DNA of 60,691 bases, counting the filler, from Chloroflexota bacterium (GTDB lineage Bacteria > Chloroflexota > Chloroflexia > QHBQ01): NCBI GenBank assembly GCA_043754535.1. It is 2 parts of 2 records of this genome, joined end to end, with 100 filler letters (N's around TTAATTAATTAA, not from the genome) between each part and the next. Parts side by side here need not be neighbours in the genome. Positions count along the whole stretch, not along the records: positions 30,447 to 60,691 come from JAYUUN010000097.1; 1 more part is not named here. One strand, given 5' to 3'. Under the pieces are notes generated by a model, which saw only the letters and a program-made list of their open reading frames with translations, was not told where the DNA came from and did not search any database. Shown here piece after piece: positions 40,073 through 53,100 of this stretch (positions within the stretch are counted from its first letter, which is position 1; each line of letters starts with the position of its first letter). The position numbers were made by a program, and so were the translations under genes.

Positions 40073-40771
40073 GTGAGTAATGCAAGTCAGACTAGCTACA
40101 GCGCAACGCTAATCGTGATCGCGAGTCTGTCGCCCGCCCTGCAAAACAGGGAGTTTCTGTTCACTGGGCCAGCCAGTATCGGGCGAGTCAGCGGCAACGA
40201 CATCATGTTGCCCGACCCCGAAGTGTCGCGTAGCCACGCCCGGATCAGCCAGCGCGATGGTAACTACTACCTTGAGGATGACGGTAGCCTCAACGGTACG
40301 TACCTGAACAATGAGCGTCTAGCCGCTAACCAGCCTGCGCTCCTCAGCACCGGAGCCGAAGTGCGCTTTGGTAGCCACCTCCGCCTGATTTTCGCCGGAT
40401 TGGGCGCAACCCTGCCCGCTGGTAGCCTACATCTGGCTGCGCCAGAGCCGGTTGCCAGTGGCCTGCACCTTGACGACGAGCGGCGCGCAGTACGCTACAA
40501 TGGCAAGCTGATCGAGCCACCGCTCTCGCCTATTCAGTACAATCTGCTGGCGATGCTGCGGCGTGCGCCTGGTCGGGTGTTCAGCCGCGACGAGCTTGCC
40601 GCAGCACTCTGGCCCGAATATGACCGCGAGGGGGTCAGCAATGAGGCTATTGATGCCGTCGTCAAGCGGCTACGCGAACGACTGACCACCGTTGCCGGGG
40701 AGCAACCGCTCCTCATCACAGTGCGTGGGCATGGTTATCGGCTCAATGAAGATCAGCCGAACAGAAGTTAG
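40073..40771 (+). CDS. FHA domain + OmpR/PhoB-type winged-helix regulator
   Basis: FHA IGR, VSRSHA, SLNGTYLN; wHTH GRVFSRDEL...VKRLRERL...ITVRGHGYRL. Confidence 0.92.
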   Translation: MSNASQTSYSATLIVIASLSPALQNREFLFTGPASIGRVSGNDIMLPDPEVSRSHARISQRDGNYYLEDDGSLNGTYLNNERLAANQPALLSTGAEVRFGSHLRLIFAGLGATLPAGSLHLAAPEPVASGLHLDDERRAVRYNGKLIEPPLSPIQYNLLAMLRRAPGRVFSRDELAAALWPEYDREGVSNEAIDAVVKRLRERLTTVAGEQPLLITVRGHGYRLNEDQPNRS

Positions 40772-42048
40772 CCGAACAGCCCGACCTTGGTTGGCGTAAA
40801 GTTGGGGAAGACCGTTGCAAGGTCGGGGTTGTAGAGGCGTTGGCGCGTCACTTCGGCCAGCACCGAGCGGAAGTCGGTTGTCACCGCGAGGTCGCCAGGG
40901 CCGTAGAGGTTCTCCGGCTTGAGGCCGGGCCACTGGTTGTTGTTGAGGTAGACCTGGCCGCCGCGAACCGCCCCACCCAGCACCAGCATGGTTCCGCCAT
41001 GCCCGTGATCGGTACCCAGCCCGTTCTCCTCGACCCGCCGCCCAAACTCGGTCATCACCACAATCGTCGTGTTGCCGATCTGCGCTTCAAGGTCGGCGAC
41101 GAAGGCCGCTAGCGACTCGGAGAGGTCTTGGAGCAGGTTAGCCATCTGGCCGTCTGCGCCGCCCTCGTTCACGTGCGTATCCCAGCCCTCGTAGTCAAGC
41201 CAGGCCACCTCCATGCCAATGTCAGCCCGAGCTACACTGGCGACCTGGGTCAGCCCGCGTGCGAGGTCGCTATCCGGGTAGGGTGGGTTGGTGGTGCGCG
41301 GTTCCAGTGGGACGCTGCGGACGGTGCGGATTGCGCCAATCACGCTCTGGCCGGTGCGTCGCAGGAGGTCGTCGCCGCTGTAGAGGCTGCCCAGCACTCC
41401 TTCCAGTTGGGCGGCCACCGCGAGGTCATCGCTGAGGGCAAAGCCTTGCAGGTTGCTGATCGCCGTTGCCAACACCTGCCCGCGCAACGATTGCGGCACC
41501 TGCCCGCCGATGCTGAGGGCGCGGAACACCGAGTCGTTGCTGCTCCGCGTGCTTTGCAGGTGGCGCGACAGCCAGCCGGTCGCTTCCAGGCGATTGCCAG
41601 GGGTGCCACACTCCATATACTGCATTGCGTCGAAGTGCGAATGGGTGTCGTCTGGCGAACCGGCAGCATGGATCACCGCCAGGCGATGGTCGTCCCATAG
41701 TGGCTTGAGCGCGGCCATCTTGGGATGCAGGCCGAAGAAGCCGTCAAGGTCGAGAGCGGTTCCTGTCCCGCTGCCAGGGCGGGCGATAGCAATGTTCGGG
41801 CGCACTCGATAGTATTCGGGATCGCCATGCGGCACCACGATGTTGAGGCAGTCGGCGGCTCCGCGCAGGAAGATGACCACCAGCAGGTCGCGGCGGCTCT
41901 TGCTGGGGGCAGCCAGTACCTTGCGGCTACCAAGCTGGTGGGGCATGATCGCAGTGCCACCAGCGGCCAACAGACTGCCCAGGCTGAGGGCGTGTTGTCG
42001 CCCCATGATCTCGCGGCGGTCGGCCTCGACCTGTTGTACTTTAGACAT
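40768..42048 (-). CDS. DUF1501 domain protein
   Basis: IFLRGAAD, FGLHP, SHFDAM, GWDTH, TEFGRR and GTDHG. Confidence 0.92.
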   Translation of the reverse strand: MSKVQQVEADRREIMGRQHALSLGSLLAAGGTAIMPHQLGSRKVLAAPSKSRRDLLVVIFLRGAADCLNIVVPHGDPEYYRVRPNIAIARPGSGTGTALDLDGFFGLHPKMAALKPLWDDHRLAVIHAAGSPDDTHSHFDAMQYMECGTPGNRLEATGWLSRHLQSTRSSNDSVFRALSIGGQVPQSLRGQVLATAISNLQGFALSDDLAVAAQLEGVLGSLYSGDDLLRRTGQSVIGAIRTVRSVPLEPRTTNPPYPDSDLARGLTQVASVARADIGMEVAWLDYEGWDTHVNEGGADGQMANLLQDLSESLAAFVADLEAQIGNTTIVVMTEFGRRVEENGLGTDHGHGGTMLVLGGAVRGGQVYLNNNQWPGLKPENLYGPGDLAVTTDFRSVLAEVTRQRLYNPDLATVFPNFTPTKVGLFG

Positions 42049-42060
42049 TGGTTCGCTCCT

Positions 42061-43620
42061 TTAAGTTAGCTGGAACTGTGGCGAGGATAGGATTACGCTC
42101 GCGCAGAGCGGTATGGTGTCAGGCCACACCTCCCGATCATCGCCCACAATCTTAATTAGCTGTTGGTTGGCTGCGCCCCACGGATTGCCGCCCACTAGCA
42201 ACTGGCTGAGGCGGTTGACCACCTCGCTGGCATCGCGGGGCTTCCACTGCTCGACGAGAGTAGGCAGCGGCAGACGCGTACCTTCCAGGTCTTGGCTGAG
42301 AATGTACTGGGCGAATTGCCAGCGGGCAAATAGGGCGGAAGCACCCAGCCACTCTGCCGTCCGGGTCGGGTAGCCGGTCGGGCCATTATGCCGAAAGAGC
42401 GGCTGATCCAGGCTATACATACTGTCGTTAAGCACTGCACCGTCGGTATCGCCGCCGAACGTCCGCACTATCGTGGCGGCGTAGCGGAATGGTGGGCGCA
42501 GCTTCTGCCCAGCACTGCGATAGAACTCGCTGCTGTTCAGCAACACCCGCAGCATCGCCTTGATGTCGCCCTCATTGCCCCAGGCCGCCGCGACCTGCTC
42601 GATCAACCCGGCGGGTGGCTCGTCGGTCACGAGGTAGCGGCATAGCTTGGTGGCAATGTGCTTGCGGGTGGCAGGGTGGTTAATCAGGATGTTAAGCACG
42701 TCCCACCCATCCTCGATCCCGCGCCCCGCTGCCAGGGTACGGCCCAGCACCTGCTTCTCCGCCATGTCGTGTGTGGTTGGCTCAAAGTAGAACTGGTGGC
42801 TGGCCTTCCGCTTCTCCTCGTCATTCCAGTCTACTGTCCAGCCAGTAAAAGCCCGCGCCACATTGCGGACATCTTGCTGGCTGTAGCCGCCAGTTACACC
42901 CAAGGTGTGCAGTTCCAGGATTTCACGCCCGTAATTTTCGTTGACAGATTCGGTGGTACTGTAGGCGTTATCCAGATAAGTCAACATTGCTGGGCTGGTC
43001 GCGCTAGCCCGCAGCAAGTCACCAAAGCGACCCAGCGCGTGGCGGCGGATTACATCGCGGTCGTCGGTCGTCTTGTACCAGCCACAATTGTCCTTGTCCT
43101 GGTAGATGTTGAAGTGATTGCTCCAAAAGTCGCACATCACCTCGTAGAGTTGCCGCCTGCTATATACTGCCCGCACGATGGTGGCGCGTTGAAGTTCAAC
43201 CATACAGGTGCCAATGTTCTTGCCGTCTGATCCATCCATTGGGTAGTCAGCAGCAAGGCGAGAGTTGCTGAGGCTGATGGTCGGGAAGGCCCGCAGGCGG
43301 CGGTTGCAGTCAGCATCAACGATCTGCAACGGGTTCAGCTGCTCCTCGATGTAGTTGTTGCGGCCTAGCGCAATCATCCGCAGCAGGTCGGGCAAGGCGA
43401 TGCCATAGCTGGTACGCCGCAGCAGGTGGATAGCCAATAGGTCGGTGCCATTAGCAGGGCTGCGCACTGGAGTGGCCGACGCTGCGGGTATGCTGTTGGC
43501 TACGCCAGCCAGAGCCTCTCCGCCGGGCTGCCAGAGCGTACCAAGAGTAGCTAGCGCAGTTGTGGTCGCACCGCCAATCAGGAAGTGGCGACGGCTGATT
43601 TTGTTGCTGTTACTGTCCAT
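42061..43620 (-). CDS. DUF1800 domain protein with Tat signal
   Basis: SRRHFL twin-arginine motif, FWSNHFN, MLTYLDN, NENYGREILELHTLG and ARAFTGW. Start 43620 after AGGAGG. Confidence 0.92.
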   Translation of the reverse strand: MDSNSNKISRRHFLIGGATTTALATLGTLWQPGGEALAGVANSIPAASATPVRSPANGTDLLAIHLLRRTSYGIALPDLLRMIALGRNNYIEEQLNPLQIVDADCNRRLRAFPTISLSNSRLAADYPMDGSDGKNIGTCMVELQRATIVRAVYSRRQLYEVMCDFWSNHFNIYQDKDNCGWYKTTDDRDVIRRHALGRFGDLLRASATSPAMLTYLDNAYSTTESVNENYGREILELHTLGVTGGYSQQDVRNVARAFTGWTVDWNDEEKRKASHQFYFEPTTHDMAEKQVLGRTLAAGRGIEDGWDVLNILINHPATRKHIATKLCRYLVTDEPPAGLIEQVAAAWGNEGDIKAMLRVLLNSSEFYRSAGQKLRPPFRYAATIVRTFGGDTDGAVLNDSMYSLDQPLFRHNGPTGYPTRTAEWLGASALFARWQFAQYILSQDLEGTRLPLPTLVEQWKPRDASEVVNRLSQLLVGGNPWGAANQQLIKIVGDDREVWPDTIPLCASVILSSPQFQLT

Positions 43621-43689
43621 TACTTGTTTCCTCCTAGCAACTAACTTGCTATGCACCAATCATAGCCTAATCACCTCCTCTATTGCTGG

Positions 43690-43718
43690 ACGGCAAGCCG
43701 ACGCTAAACGAACGCTAA
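43690..43718. repeat. Heptamer direct repeats at 11-bp period
   Basis: ACGGCAA (43690), ACGCTAA (43701) and ACGCTAA (43712) upstream of DUF1800. Confidence 0.6.
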
Positions 43719-44059
43719 CCGCCCGCACGTGCTGGCCGCTGTTCGTGTTGCTGGCTGACCAACATCAGGTCGCGGCTCAGGACGGCGGCCTCGCTAGCTA
43801 TCCGAGTGCGGTTGCTAGACCAAAGGTACAGTAGCGTAGGGACACCTTTGGCGACCACCATGGTTGTCCTGCTGTTCATCACGCCATGAGCAAGCTCGGT
43901 TCAGGTACTTGCTGTCGGCATTGTCGGTCAAGCTACGCTCACCGCCAGCGGTAGCAGTCAGCCTGACCGAACCATCACCAGTCTGCAACCCCCAGGCAGT
44001 CACTTAGCCGCTAAGCTGGTTAGGGCGGTGATAAAAAAGCAGCACCTGTTCTTCAAGCG

Positions 44060-44103
44060 AAGTTATAATAACAGGTAGGCCAGCCGCAGGCCAGCCTACC
44101 TGT
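44060..44103 (-). terminator. Probable intrinsic terminator after the giant S8 gene
   Basis: 10-bp perfect stem ACAGGTAGGC/GCCTACCTGT (44071-44080 with 44094-44103), followed on the minus strand by AT-rich TATTATAACT. Confidence 0.65.
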
Positions 44104-44129
44104 CTCGTTCCCCTAAGTTCTACTGGGTT

Positions 44130-47100
44130 CTAAGGGAGGGCTAGCCCACCCATCGCTCTGTGTAGCACCTTTGCCATCTCACCACGGCGGATCAGCGCAC
44201 TGGGGCGGAAGCAAGGTGCATCGCCCGCGCACTGGCTAGCCTTGCGGTAGCCACTGATGATGCCGTGCTGGGCGGCAGTTTCGATCTCTGCAAAGCCGTA
44301 GCTGCCTGCTGGCAGGTCGTGGAAGCTGCTGCTGGTGGTTGCCAACGGCTGCCAGTCGTGTAGGCGAACGAGAGTCAATACTGCTTCCAGACGGTTCACA
44401 GATTGAGCAGGCCGGAACTGCCGCTGACTACTGCCGTCACTTGCATAACCATTGAGTATTCCCGCGTGGTAAGCTGCTTCGATGGCAGGGTAGAACACGT
44501 CGCTGGGGTTCACGTCGCTAAAGGTAGGTTGGCTGGGGCTATAGTCAGCAAGACCAAAGCCGATCATCACGAGCTTGGCGAACTGGCCGCGAGTGAGCAG
44601 GCTGCTTGGCTCAAAGCGGTAGCCGCCCGCCACATTGGGTATCCCATTAACCATCCCCGCCGCCGCCAGGTAGTTGATGTCTGGCGCAAAGGGGTCGTTG
44701 GCTGGCACATCGCTGAAGCTGACTATAGTGGCACAGCGACGGCTGTTGCTGCTGGCGGTAGCTGTCCGCCCTTGTAGCTGCCAGACCAGGTTGCTGCCGT
44801 CGAAGTTGGTGCTGAAGGCTGCCACCTGGCGACCAGGTAGGAAAGCAGTGGGTTGGCCGCGATCCCGTGGGGCGGGTGAAAAGTAGTTGGTGGTGGTGGC
44901 TGGTACCACTACTGTGTAGCTGTTGCGGTTGTAGTAGCCGAACCGGGCAGTGTAGCTGCCGCCGCTGTTGGCAACGACGCATTCGAGGATGGGGCTGATT
45001 GCTTGCTGCACGACTGCCACTGGGCTGGGTGTGGCCGTGTTGCTGCCACAACCGCCAGGGGCGACAGCTACATTGTCTACATCCAAGGTGATCGGGGTGG
45101 AGTTGCCGTTGCGGAGGTTGAATAGGATGTAGACGTTGCGCCCAGCGTAACTAGAGAGGTCTGCGCTGAGGTGCGTCCAGCCTGTAAACTGGTTTGCAGC
45201 ACCGGTGTACAGCGGTACCAATGGCTCATTGGTGCTAGCGTCCATCAGCCAGATGTACAGGGCAGCAACGTCACCACCAATGCTGTTAACGCGGAAGTCG
45301 AGGCTCCAGGTTGGGGTAGTAGCAGGGACGATAAAGTTCTGGCGCAAGTTAGTGGCATTGCCGTTGGTGGATGTCAATCTGGCGGCGTATGTACTGTTGT
45401 AGCCGCCGATCAGACTAACGTCGGCAGGTGGATTGGGTACCGCGAACCAACTCATCAGATCGCCGCTCTCAAACCCGCCGTTCTGCAAGATGTTGCTACA
45501 GGGAACGCTTGTCGTGGCAGTGGCGGTTGGGATCGCAGTGTTGCTAGCCGTGTTGGTAGGTGTACTGGTAGCGGTTGCAGTTGGTGTGCTGGTTGGTGTG
45601 GCTGTGGCACTGCCGCCAGAGCTGTCATCGGGGATGTAGACGATAGAGCGGTTGCTGAGGGTAGCAGCACCAACACCAAGGAGGTAGCCATATTGCAGAG
45701 CCTGGCTGCCGTCCTGGTTCTCGATGCCGAAGGTGAAGCTGCGTCCACTGCTGGCAACGGCTAGCGCACCATAGTTAGTGTAAATCTTGTTGCTACCTTC
45801 TTCCAACACGATCTCGAAGGTAGCTGAACCACCGCCACCGTAGACGAAGGCGTTACGCCACTCGACCACAAAGCGGCGGTTGGGCGCAGTGCCGAGCGTG
45901 GCTGTGTAAACTCCACCGCCAATGATCAGGTCGCTCCAGAATGGGTAGATGGCGTTGTTCGGCTCGTAGGGGTTGGGGATGGCAACCGGGCTGTAGCTGG
46001 TGCTGCTGCCAGTGAATTGCAGATTGCCATTGGTACTAACCCTGATCGTCGTACCCGTCGTGTAGGTTGTGCTGAAGTAAACGAAGTCGAAGGGCAAGTC
46101 TAGTGAGGCTAGACCATCGTCAGCACCGCTGAAACCAGTCACCTGAGTAGTACCAGTGATGATACCGTAGGCCACATCGTCAGCGCAGCTGTAACCAGCG
46201 ATCCGCCTGCCACAAGGGGAGACAAAGGGGGTAGGGCTGGGCGTGTTGGTTGGGGTTGGGGTGTTAGTCGGGGTGCTGCTCGGCGTGTTGGTCGGTCGTG
46301 GCCCTTGTGGTAGACAGCCAGAACGTGGTGTCGGTGTGATGGTGCTGGTGCCGAAGGCGGTAGCAGTGCTAGTAGCAGTAGCCGTACCTATGATAACAGC
46401 AGTGCTGGTGGCGGTTGCGGTAGGCGTTGCGCTGGCCTCGAACTGGCTAGCCCGATACGCAGCAGTGGCATCTACCACCTGACCAAGGTCGCTGACTGCA
46501 GCTGGGTCGTTGACCGGCCACAGCATTACGCTGCTTACGCTATACGGCCCATCCAGGCCGCTGTCGTGGATTTCTCCACCATCGAAGCGGAGCAGCAGTT
46601 GGTTGCTACCCGCTACCAATGCCTGTCCGCTGCGGTTGAGCTGGGCTACGGTGGTGCCGTCGGTGGTAACGAGCGTAGCGGCCACGGCGTAGCTGCCAGC
46701 TTGCAGCAGGTCGAGCGACAAGCGCACATCAAGGTTGTTGTAGAGGCCGTTGCCGTCGCTGTCTACCGCCTGCTCTGTGGCTGGCCCCGTCTGGATGATG
46801 TTGGGTCGCGGCCAATTGGAGCGGCTGTAGGCGGCAGTGTTGTAGGCCAGCGCGATGTTGTCGAGTATCAGGGATGTGTTATCCACCTTGGTGAACACCA
46901 GATCGCGCACTTGGTAAGGCCCGTTAGCAGCAGCCTGACCGATCAGCCTGCCGTCGAAGGTGAGGGTTAGAGGAACGCTGCCAGGACTTAGCGTGTAGCT
47001 TTGCTGGGCTGCACCAAGCCTGCGCCCATCGGTGGTGGTGAGGTTGGCCGCGAGGTTGTACTGTCCGCTCTCGGTGATCTGGGCAGTGGCAGTGACTACC

Positions 47101-50100
47101 AGGTAATCATAGCTGCTGCCACTGCGGTGGCCTTCGTCGGCGTAGCTACCCGTCAGGTGGGCAGCATTGCTCAGCTCTGCCGTAGTCAGGCTGGTGCGGG
47201 CAAACGGCTGGCCCTGGCTGTTCTGGCCTCTGGCTTCGATGTAGATCATGTAGGTGCCAGTAATCGTTGGTACATAGGTAGCCTGGTAGATACCAGGGCT
47301 GACTGGGGCAAGCACAAGCGTCTGCGAGTAGCTCTGGTTTAGCTCGCCGCCTGTGATCACCGCGATAGTAGCAGTCAGATTCGCGCCAGGGAGCGGGTTG
47401 CGGTCTTCTAGTCTGGCGGTGAGAGTCAGTGGTTGACCGGGGTCATTGTTTGCTGAAAGGCTGGGCCTGATCTGCACCCCGCCCCCGAATTGTCCGGAAA
47501 CGTAGTAGGGTTCGGGTTGGGCTGTGGTAGTGATCGCCCGCACTACCACCTGCCAGGTGCCAGTCAGCGGGTTGTTGAGGGTGATGCTCTGGCCGTTGGC
47601 CTGCGAGTTCAGCCTGACCACGTGGCGGGCTGGGTCTACCAGGCTGAGGCTGAGGGTGGCGGTCTCGTTGACCCAGCCGAGTTGGAAGCTGACGCTCTCT
47701 GCTTGATCCACCTGCACCGTGTGGCTAGAAACGCTGCCTGCACTGACCTCGTCAACAATTGCGGGGTAGCCAATCGGTAGCTGGTTGCTATCGGTCAGCA
47801 CCTTGTTGGGCAGTTGCCGCCTGGTCTGCTTCACTGCCTGTTGCTGGGGAACCTCAACGCTAGCATTGCCCTGAAGGAAGTGGCTGTTCTCCAGGTTGGC
47901 GTATGGCTCCATCGCGTTCCAGAACTCGGCCTGACTTGGTTCACGGCTGTGGATAAAGAGGTCAAGTCCACCAGTGGTGGCAACCGGCTCCAGCCGTACC
48001 GCATAATCAACTGCGTAGACACTGTCGCTCGACACCACGCCGTCGCAACGACAGTCGTAGCTCTCACCCGGCAGCGCGTAGTAGTTGGTCTTAAGGTTCT
48101 GTGGGTAAATGGCGTTGTGGATCAGCATATAAGCAGTAGTAAGTTGGCTGATGGCTGGCATCATCCTCCGGTAGTTTTGGCTGATTAGCTGGCAGGGTCG
48201 GGTGGCGGCTGCGACTGGCACCAGGCAGATCAGGGCCGCGCCGGAGGCAGTGTCGGCCAGATAACTGCCGAGGTTGGGGCTGCCCAGCATGATCAGGTTG
48301 TCTACGCCTCCACCAGTCGCCAGAGTAGCTGCAACTCGACCGTCAATGCCACCCTTCGAGTGGCCGATGATATTGACAGCGGGTGAGCCGTACATCGTCT
48401 TGATGTTCTGGACGAAGCCCCATAGCACCGCGCCATTGAACTCGTAGGCTTGGTGGCCGTTGCGCGGAGCGTTGAACATCATCGCCTGGTAAGCGGGATG
48501 CACAGGCCAGCCGAAGTAGCCATTGGTGTTGGTATCGTTGCTGCCAATCGGCCAGAACTTGAAGCCAGCCTGGAGGATCAAGGGGCGCATCCCCTGCACC
48601 TTCAGCAGCACCTGGTCTACGCGGGAGCAGTGCTTGCTGCGGGTGTGGCGAATGGTGATCGGGTTGTGGGCGGCTGCTGGCTCGCTGCTGAAGCTACCCT
48701 TGTCGGGCAGGAATAGCAGGTTGGTAGGGACGTTGTAGCTGGTAGTACTCCAGGCGTTGGGCGCAGTATCGAGTTGGAACTGCCGCCCAGCGAAGCTGAC
48801 CTGGATCGGGTCTTCTGGCAGCACGTTGTAGGCACGGATGGTCAGGCGAGCGTATTCAGCGATAGTACGTAGCCGATCTCCTGGGGCAGGGTGGCCCGCG
48901 CCGTCAATCGGGCCATAATAGCGCGTGATATCCACGTCGCCGCTCAGGTCTTCAGTGCCGTCAGCGGCAGGGACGCGGATGCGGAACAGGTCGTCAATCT
49001 TCTCGGTCGCGGGCAAGGTAGCCTGTATCCGGCTCGCACCCTCTATGTCGCACGGCACTGGCGTTGGCGTGCCAGTGCTACCAGGCGTGGCAGTAGGACA
49101 GGGTGGGCGGGTCGGGGTTGGTAGAGGAGTCAGATCGAAGTCAAGCTGGGCCAAGCCACTAGCAGGGATTGTGACTGTCTTGGTCAATGGCACATAGCCA
49201 GTCAAGCGGGCCGCTACCGTGTAGGTGCCAAACAGGATGCGGGTGATCGAGTAGACTCCGCTGGCGTTGGTCAAGGCTCCTAGCGAGGCTGGGCCATTAG
49301 CGCGAATGCTGACATTCTCCAAAGGCGCACGGGTAAGAGCGTCGCGTACAGTGCCACTGAGGGCTGAGGGTTGCAGGGCGAAGTTGAGGGTGGCCCAGCC
49401 CTCCTCTGGCAGGGTGACAGTCTTGGTTAGTGGCTGGTAGCCGTTCTTGCTGGCTACCACCTGGTAGTTGCCGGTGAGTAGTTTGGTTACAGAGTAGAAG
49501 CCCTGGTCGTTGCTCATGCCAGTGCGGTTGGTTGGGCCGCTAGCACGGATGCTAACCCCCTTGAGCGGCTCACCAGTCTCCGCATCGGTGATCGTGCCGC
49601 TGATGATCGTCGGCTTGAGCGCGAAGTTGACGATCCGCAGGCTGGCCTCAGTGAGGGTTGCTGTCTTGGTCAGTGGCTGATAGAGGTCGAGGTGGGCCTT
49701 GACGCTGTAAGTACCAGAGACTACATTGGTTATAGTGTAGAGACCGCTAGCCAGGGTATTGGTTACGTAGCTGGCCGGTCCTTCAGCTTTCACCTCAACC
49801 CCCTGGAGCGGGCCATGAGTGTCAGCATCTGCCACCTTACCCTTGATCGTAGAACCTAGACCACCAAGTACCGCCAGGGCGTACGGCTGCGGCCCCTGCG
49901 GGATGTTGGTTGCGTAGACGGTGACCAGGTAGACCCCTTCGGTAGGGCTGATCACGTCTACCGTCTCCACTGTATTGGCTCCATCACCGAGGTTATTGTG
50001 GTTGCCCCCGTAGAGAGTGCCGTTAGGGGCGGTCACGACCAAGTCCAGATCGTTGACCAGGAATGCGTTAGGGGCATCTGACCAGGCGATGGTGATGTGT

Positions 50101-53100
50101 AGCGGCACCGAGGTAGTGACGACGTTGTAGGTATACTGACGTACATCACCGGCCAGGAGGCTCTGGCTGTCGTCGAACTTGAACTTGTAGAGCGCAGGGT
50201 CAGGTTTGATCGCCAGTTGGGCGTTGACCCGCCCCCAGCCCTCTACATTATTGGGGCGGCGTTCAGCTATCTCCTGAGTTGCGCCCTGCCCATACTGGCC
50301 GGGGTACATTTCGTCGGCACTGTTGAGCAGGGTAGCCTTAACCAGGGCGGCTGAAGGATTGGCAGTTCCCAGATTGCGGGCGAAGTTCTCGCGCACCAGG
50401 GCGGCCACGCCGCTGACGTGGGGGGCGGCCATGCTCGTGCCACTGTTGTAACTGTAGAAGGGGTTGTTCGCCAGCAGCCCTTCGCCTACCCCTGCATTGT
50501 TGCGCTGAGACTGGGTGGAGATGATGTTGGTGCCAGGGGCGACGATGCTCGGCTCAATGTGACCTCCGTTGGTCGGGCCGCGCCCACTGAAGGCCGCCAT
50601 ACCATCTGGCTTGTCCGCGATGTAGTCGTCGCGGACAGGATTGCTTGGATAGCGATTTGCTACTCGCTGCGACCAGGTGAGGTTAGCGTAGCCACCCCAA
50701 CCTTGATTGGCTGGGTGATTGTTCTCGCTCGCGCCTACGGTGATGTCGTCCTTAGCAGTACTGGGTGCGGAGACGCTGCCGGGGTCTACAACCCCATCCC
50801 CATTACCATCAGCCGCATCGTTACCAGAGGCAAAGACGACGACCATCTGCTCGCCGCTCGCTCGGTTGCTCCACAAGTAATCGTCTACCTGGCGGGCGTT
50901 GTCGAGGTAAGAGCCAGCACTATTGCGGGTACCCCAACTGTCATTGTGTACCCGCGCGCCAGCAGCAAAGGCTGGGCCGAACAGCCCGCCAACCAGGTCG
51001 GCAGGGATACCAGCTAGCGAGCCGTTGGCGGCCTGGACTGATTGCACAACCAAGCGCGCCTGGGGAGCAACGCCAGCATAGGAGTTAGGGCCGGGACCAC
51101 CACTCTGCGCCCCACTACCAAGCACTGTCCCTGCTACGTGAGTGCCGTGACCATTGGGGTCTGACCAGTCGCCAGTGGCGGGCCGACCGAGGGCGAAGGT
51201 GGCAGCGATGCGGCCCGCAAAGTCGGGGTGGATAGCACCTTGCACTCCTGTGTCTAGACCGGTGTCAGTAACCGCTACGATCTGGCCTTGCCCTTGTAGG
51301 CCGGGGTCTTGCCAGACCTCGTTGACGTGGGTGATCTGACGGGCTTCGCGGTTGGCTAGCTGTGGCTCGTAGTATGGCTCGATGCGGAGTACGTCTTCCA
51401 ACTGAGCGAGAGCAATGGTCTGCTCTTTGTTGGCAGTGAGGAGCAAGAGCGGGCCTGCGTTGCTGTTGATGCGCTCACTGACCTGATTGCCAAGCAAGAG
51501 GGCCACAGCATCGGCCCCAGCAGTGGTGAAGGTACGCACCACTAGCCGCTGCGGGCTGATTGGCCCTGCGGTCTGCACCTCTTGCGTGAGAGGGGTAGCC
51601 AGCTTGTAGGCAGGCTGGTAGCGACCGACCCAGCGGATGAAGGGAAGCTGGCTGACCGTCTGCTGCTGAGCAGCAGTGAGGCGCACGATGAAGGCATCAT
51701 CAGCTACGTACTCCAGCAGGGGAGAAATCTTAGCCAACTGCGCCTTCTGGTTGGCGTAGACTGGGCCTTTGAACTGAACGATGTAGTAACGTGGGGCATC
51801 AGCAGCGAGGCTGGCATCCTTAGCCTGCAAGCTGGTGGGGATGGTCGGCTCGCCCTTGAGCGGGTCGAAGGTGGCGAAGTCGAAGCGGATGAGGGTGCGC
51901 TGCTTCACGGGGCGGGCCTCCGCAGCAGGGTTAGCGAGTTGAACCGCAGGCTGCTCCGCTGCGTTGGCAGCAGGCTGCGTGCCAGCGTTACTGGCTGGCT
52001 GGGCAGCCTGCGCCGCTGGTGCAGGTAGGTTGTCCACTGCCGCCTTGTTGGCCGGTGGCACACTACGGACGACTGGTGTCGGTATGGCAGCTAGTGGTTT
52101 GTTGCTGACGACATTGGGTTCGCAAGTGGGGGTGGGGCTGCCAGGTGGGGGAGGCGGCAGCTTCCAGCCATGCCCATTGCCCTTAATCTTGTCTGGCTGC
52201 TGGGGTGCCTCTGTTTGCCCTGGGCCTAGAGCGACAGGCGAGCCATCACCGCTGCCAGCGAGGAAAACTGCACCCGTGCTATCTACAGCCAGGCCAGTGC
52301 CATGCGAACCATGAGACTCTCCTACGTATGTAGAGTAGAGAAACGCACTACCGCTAGGATTAAGGACAGAGACAACTGCATTGTCGTAGGGGCCGCTCAG
52401 AGTGTTCTGGATAGCCCTGTACATTGGGTAGCTGCGCGACCAACTGTAGCCAGCGACGTAGGCGTTACCTGCCTGATCCAGGGCTATGCCCATGCCCGAC
52501 TCGTAGTAGAGATTATCGTTGGACGAGTTACTGCCACCAATATAAGTTGAGTAGAGCAGACCTGTACCCTGGGGGTTTAGGTGACTAACAAACACCTCAT
52601 CGCCACCACCAGAGGCGGCTTGCAGTGGGGCTTGCAGCGGGAAGTTGGTGGAGTTGGTACCACCTGTGACATAGGCCGAACCGTCCGAGCCTACAACGAC
52701 AGCGTTAACTACTTCGGCTCCGCTGCCGCCCAGGTAGGTCGAGTAGACCAAACCTGAGCCAGTGGGGTTGATCTTGGTGATGAAGCCATCATAACTACCT
52801 CCGTTGGCGGCTTGGAAGGCACCAGCAGTAGTGGGGAAATCTGCTGACCGGGTGCGACCCACAACATAAGCGTTACCTTGTGCGTCTGTAGCCACGGCGT
52901 AGCCACCATCAACACCAATGCCACCTAGAAAGGTTGAATATAGTAGGCTTGAGCCATTAGCTGCGAGCTTGACGAGGTAAGCATCATTGGGGCCTTGCTT
53001 GGTGGCTTGGAAGGCTCCAGGGGTGATCGGGAAGTCTGCTGATTGAGTCTCACCAGTGATATAGGCATTACCCTGACTGTCCACGGCAATGCCACCCCCA

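Noticed and set aside
43720..44060. Possible sRNA, riboswitch or small ORF (43815-44003) upstream of DUF1800
   Set aside because: Only short hairpins; no recognisable RNA family or protein motif.
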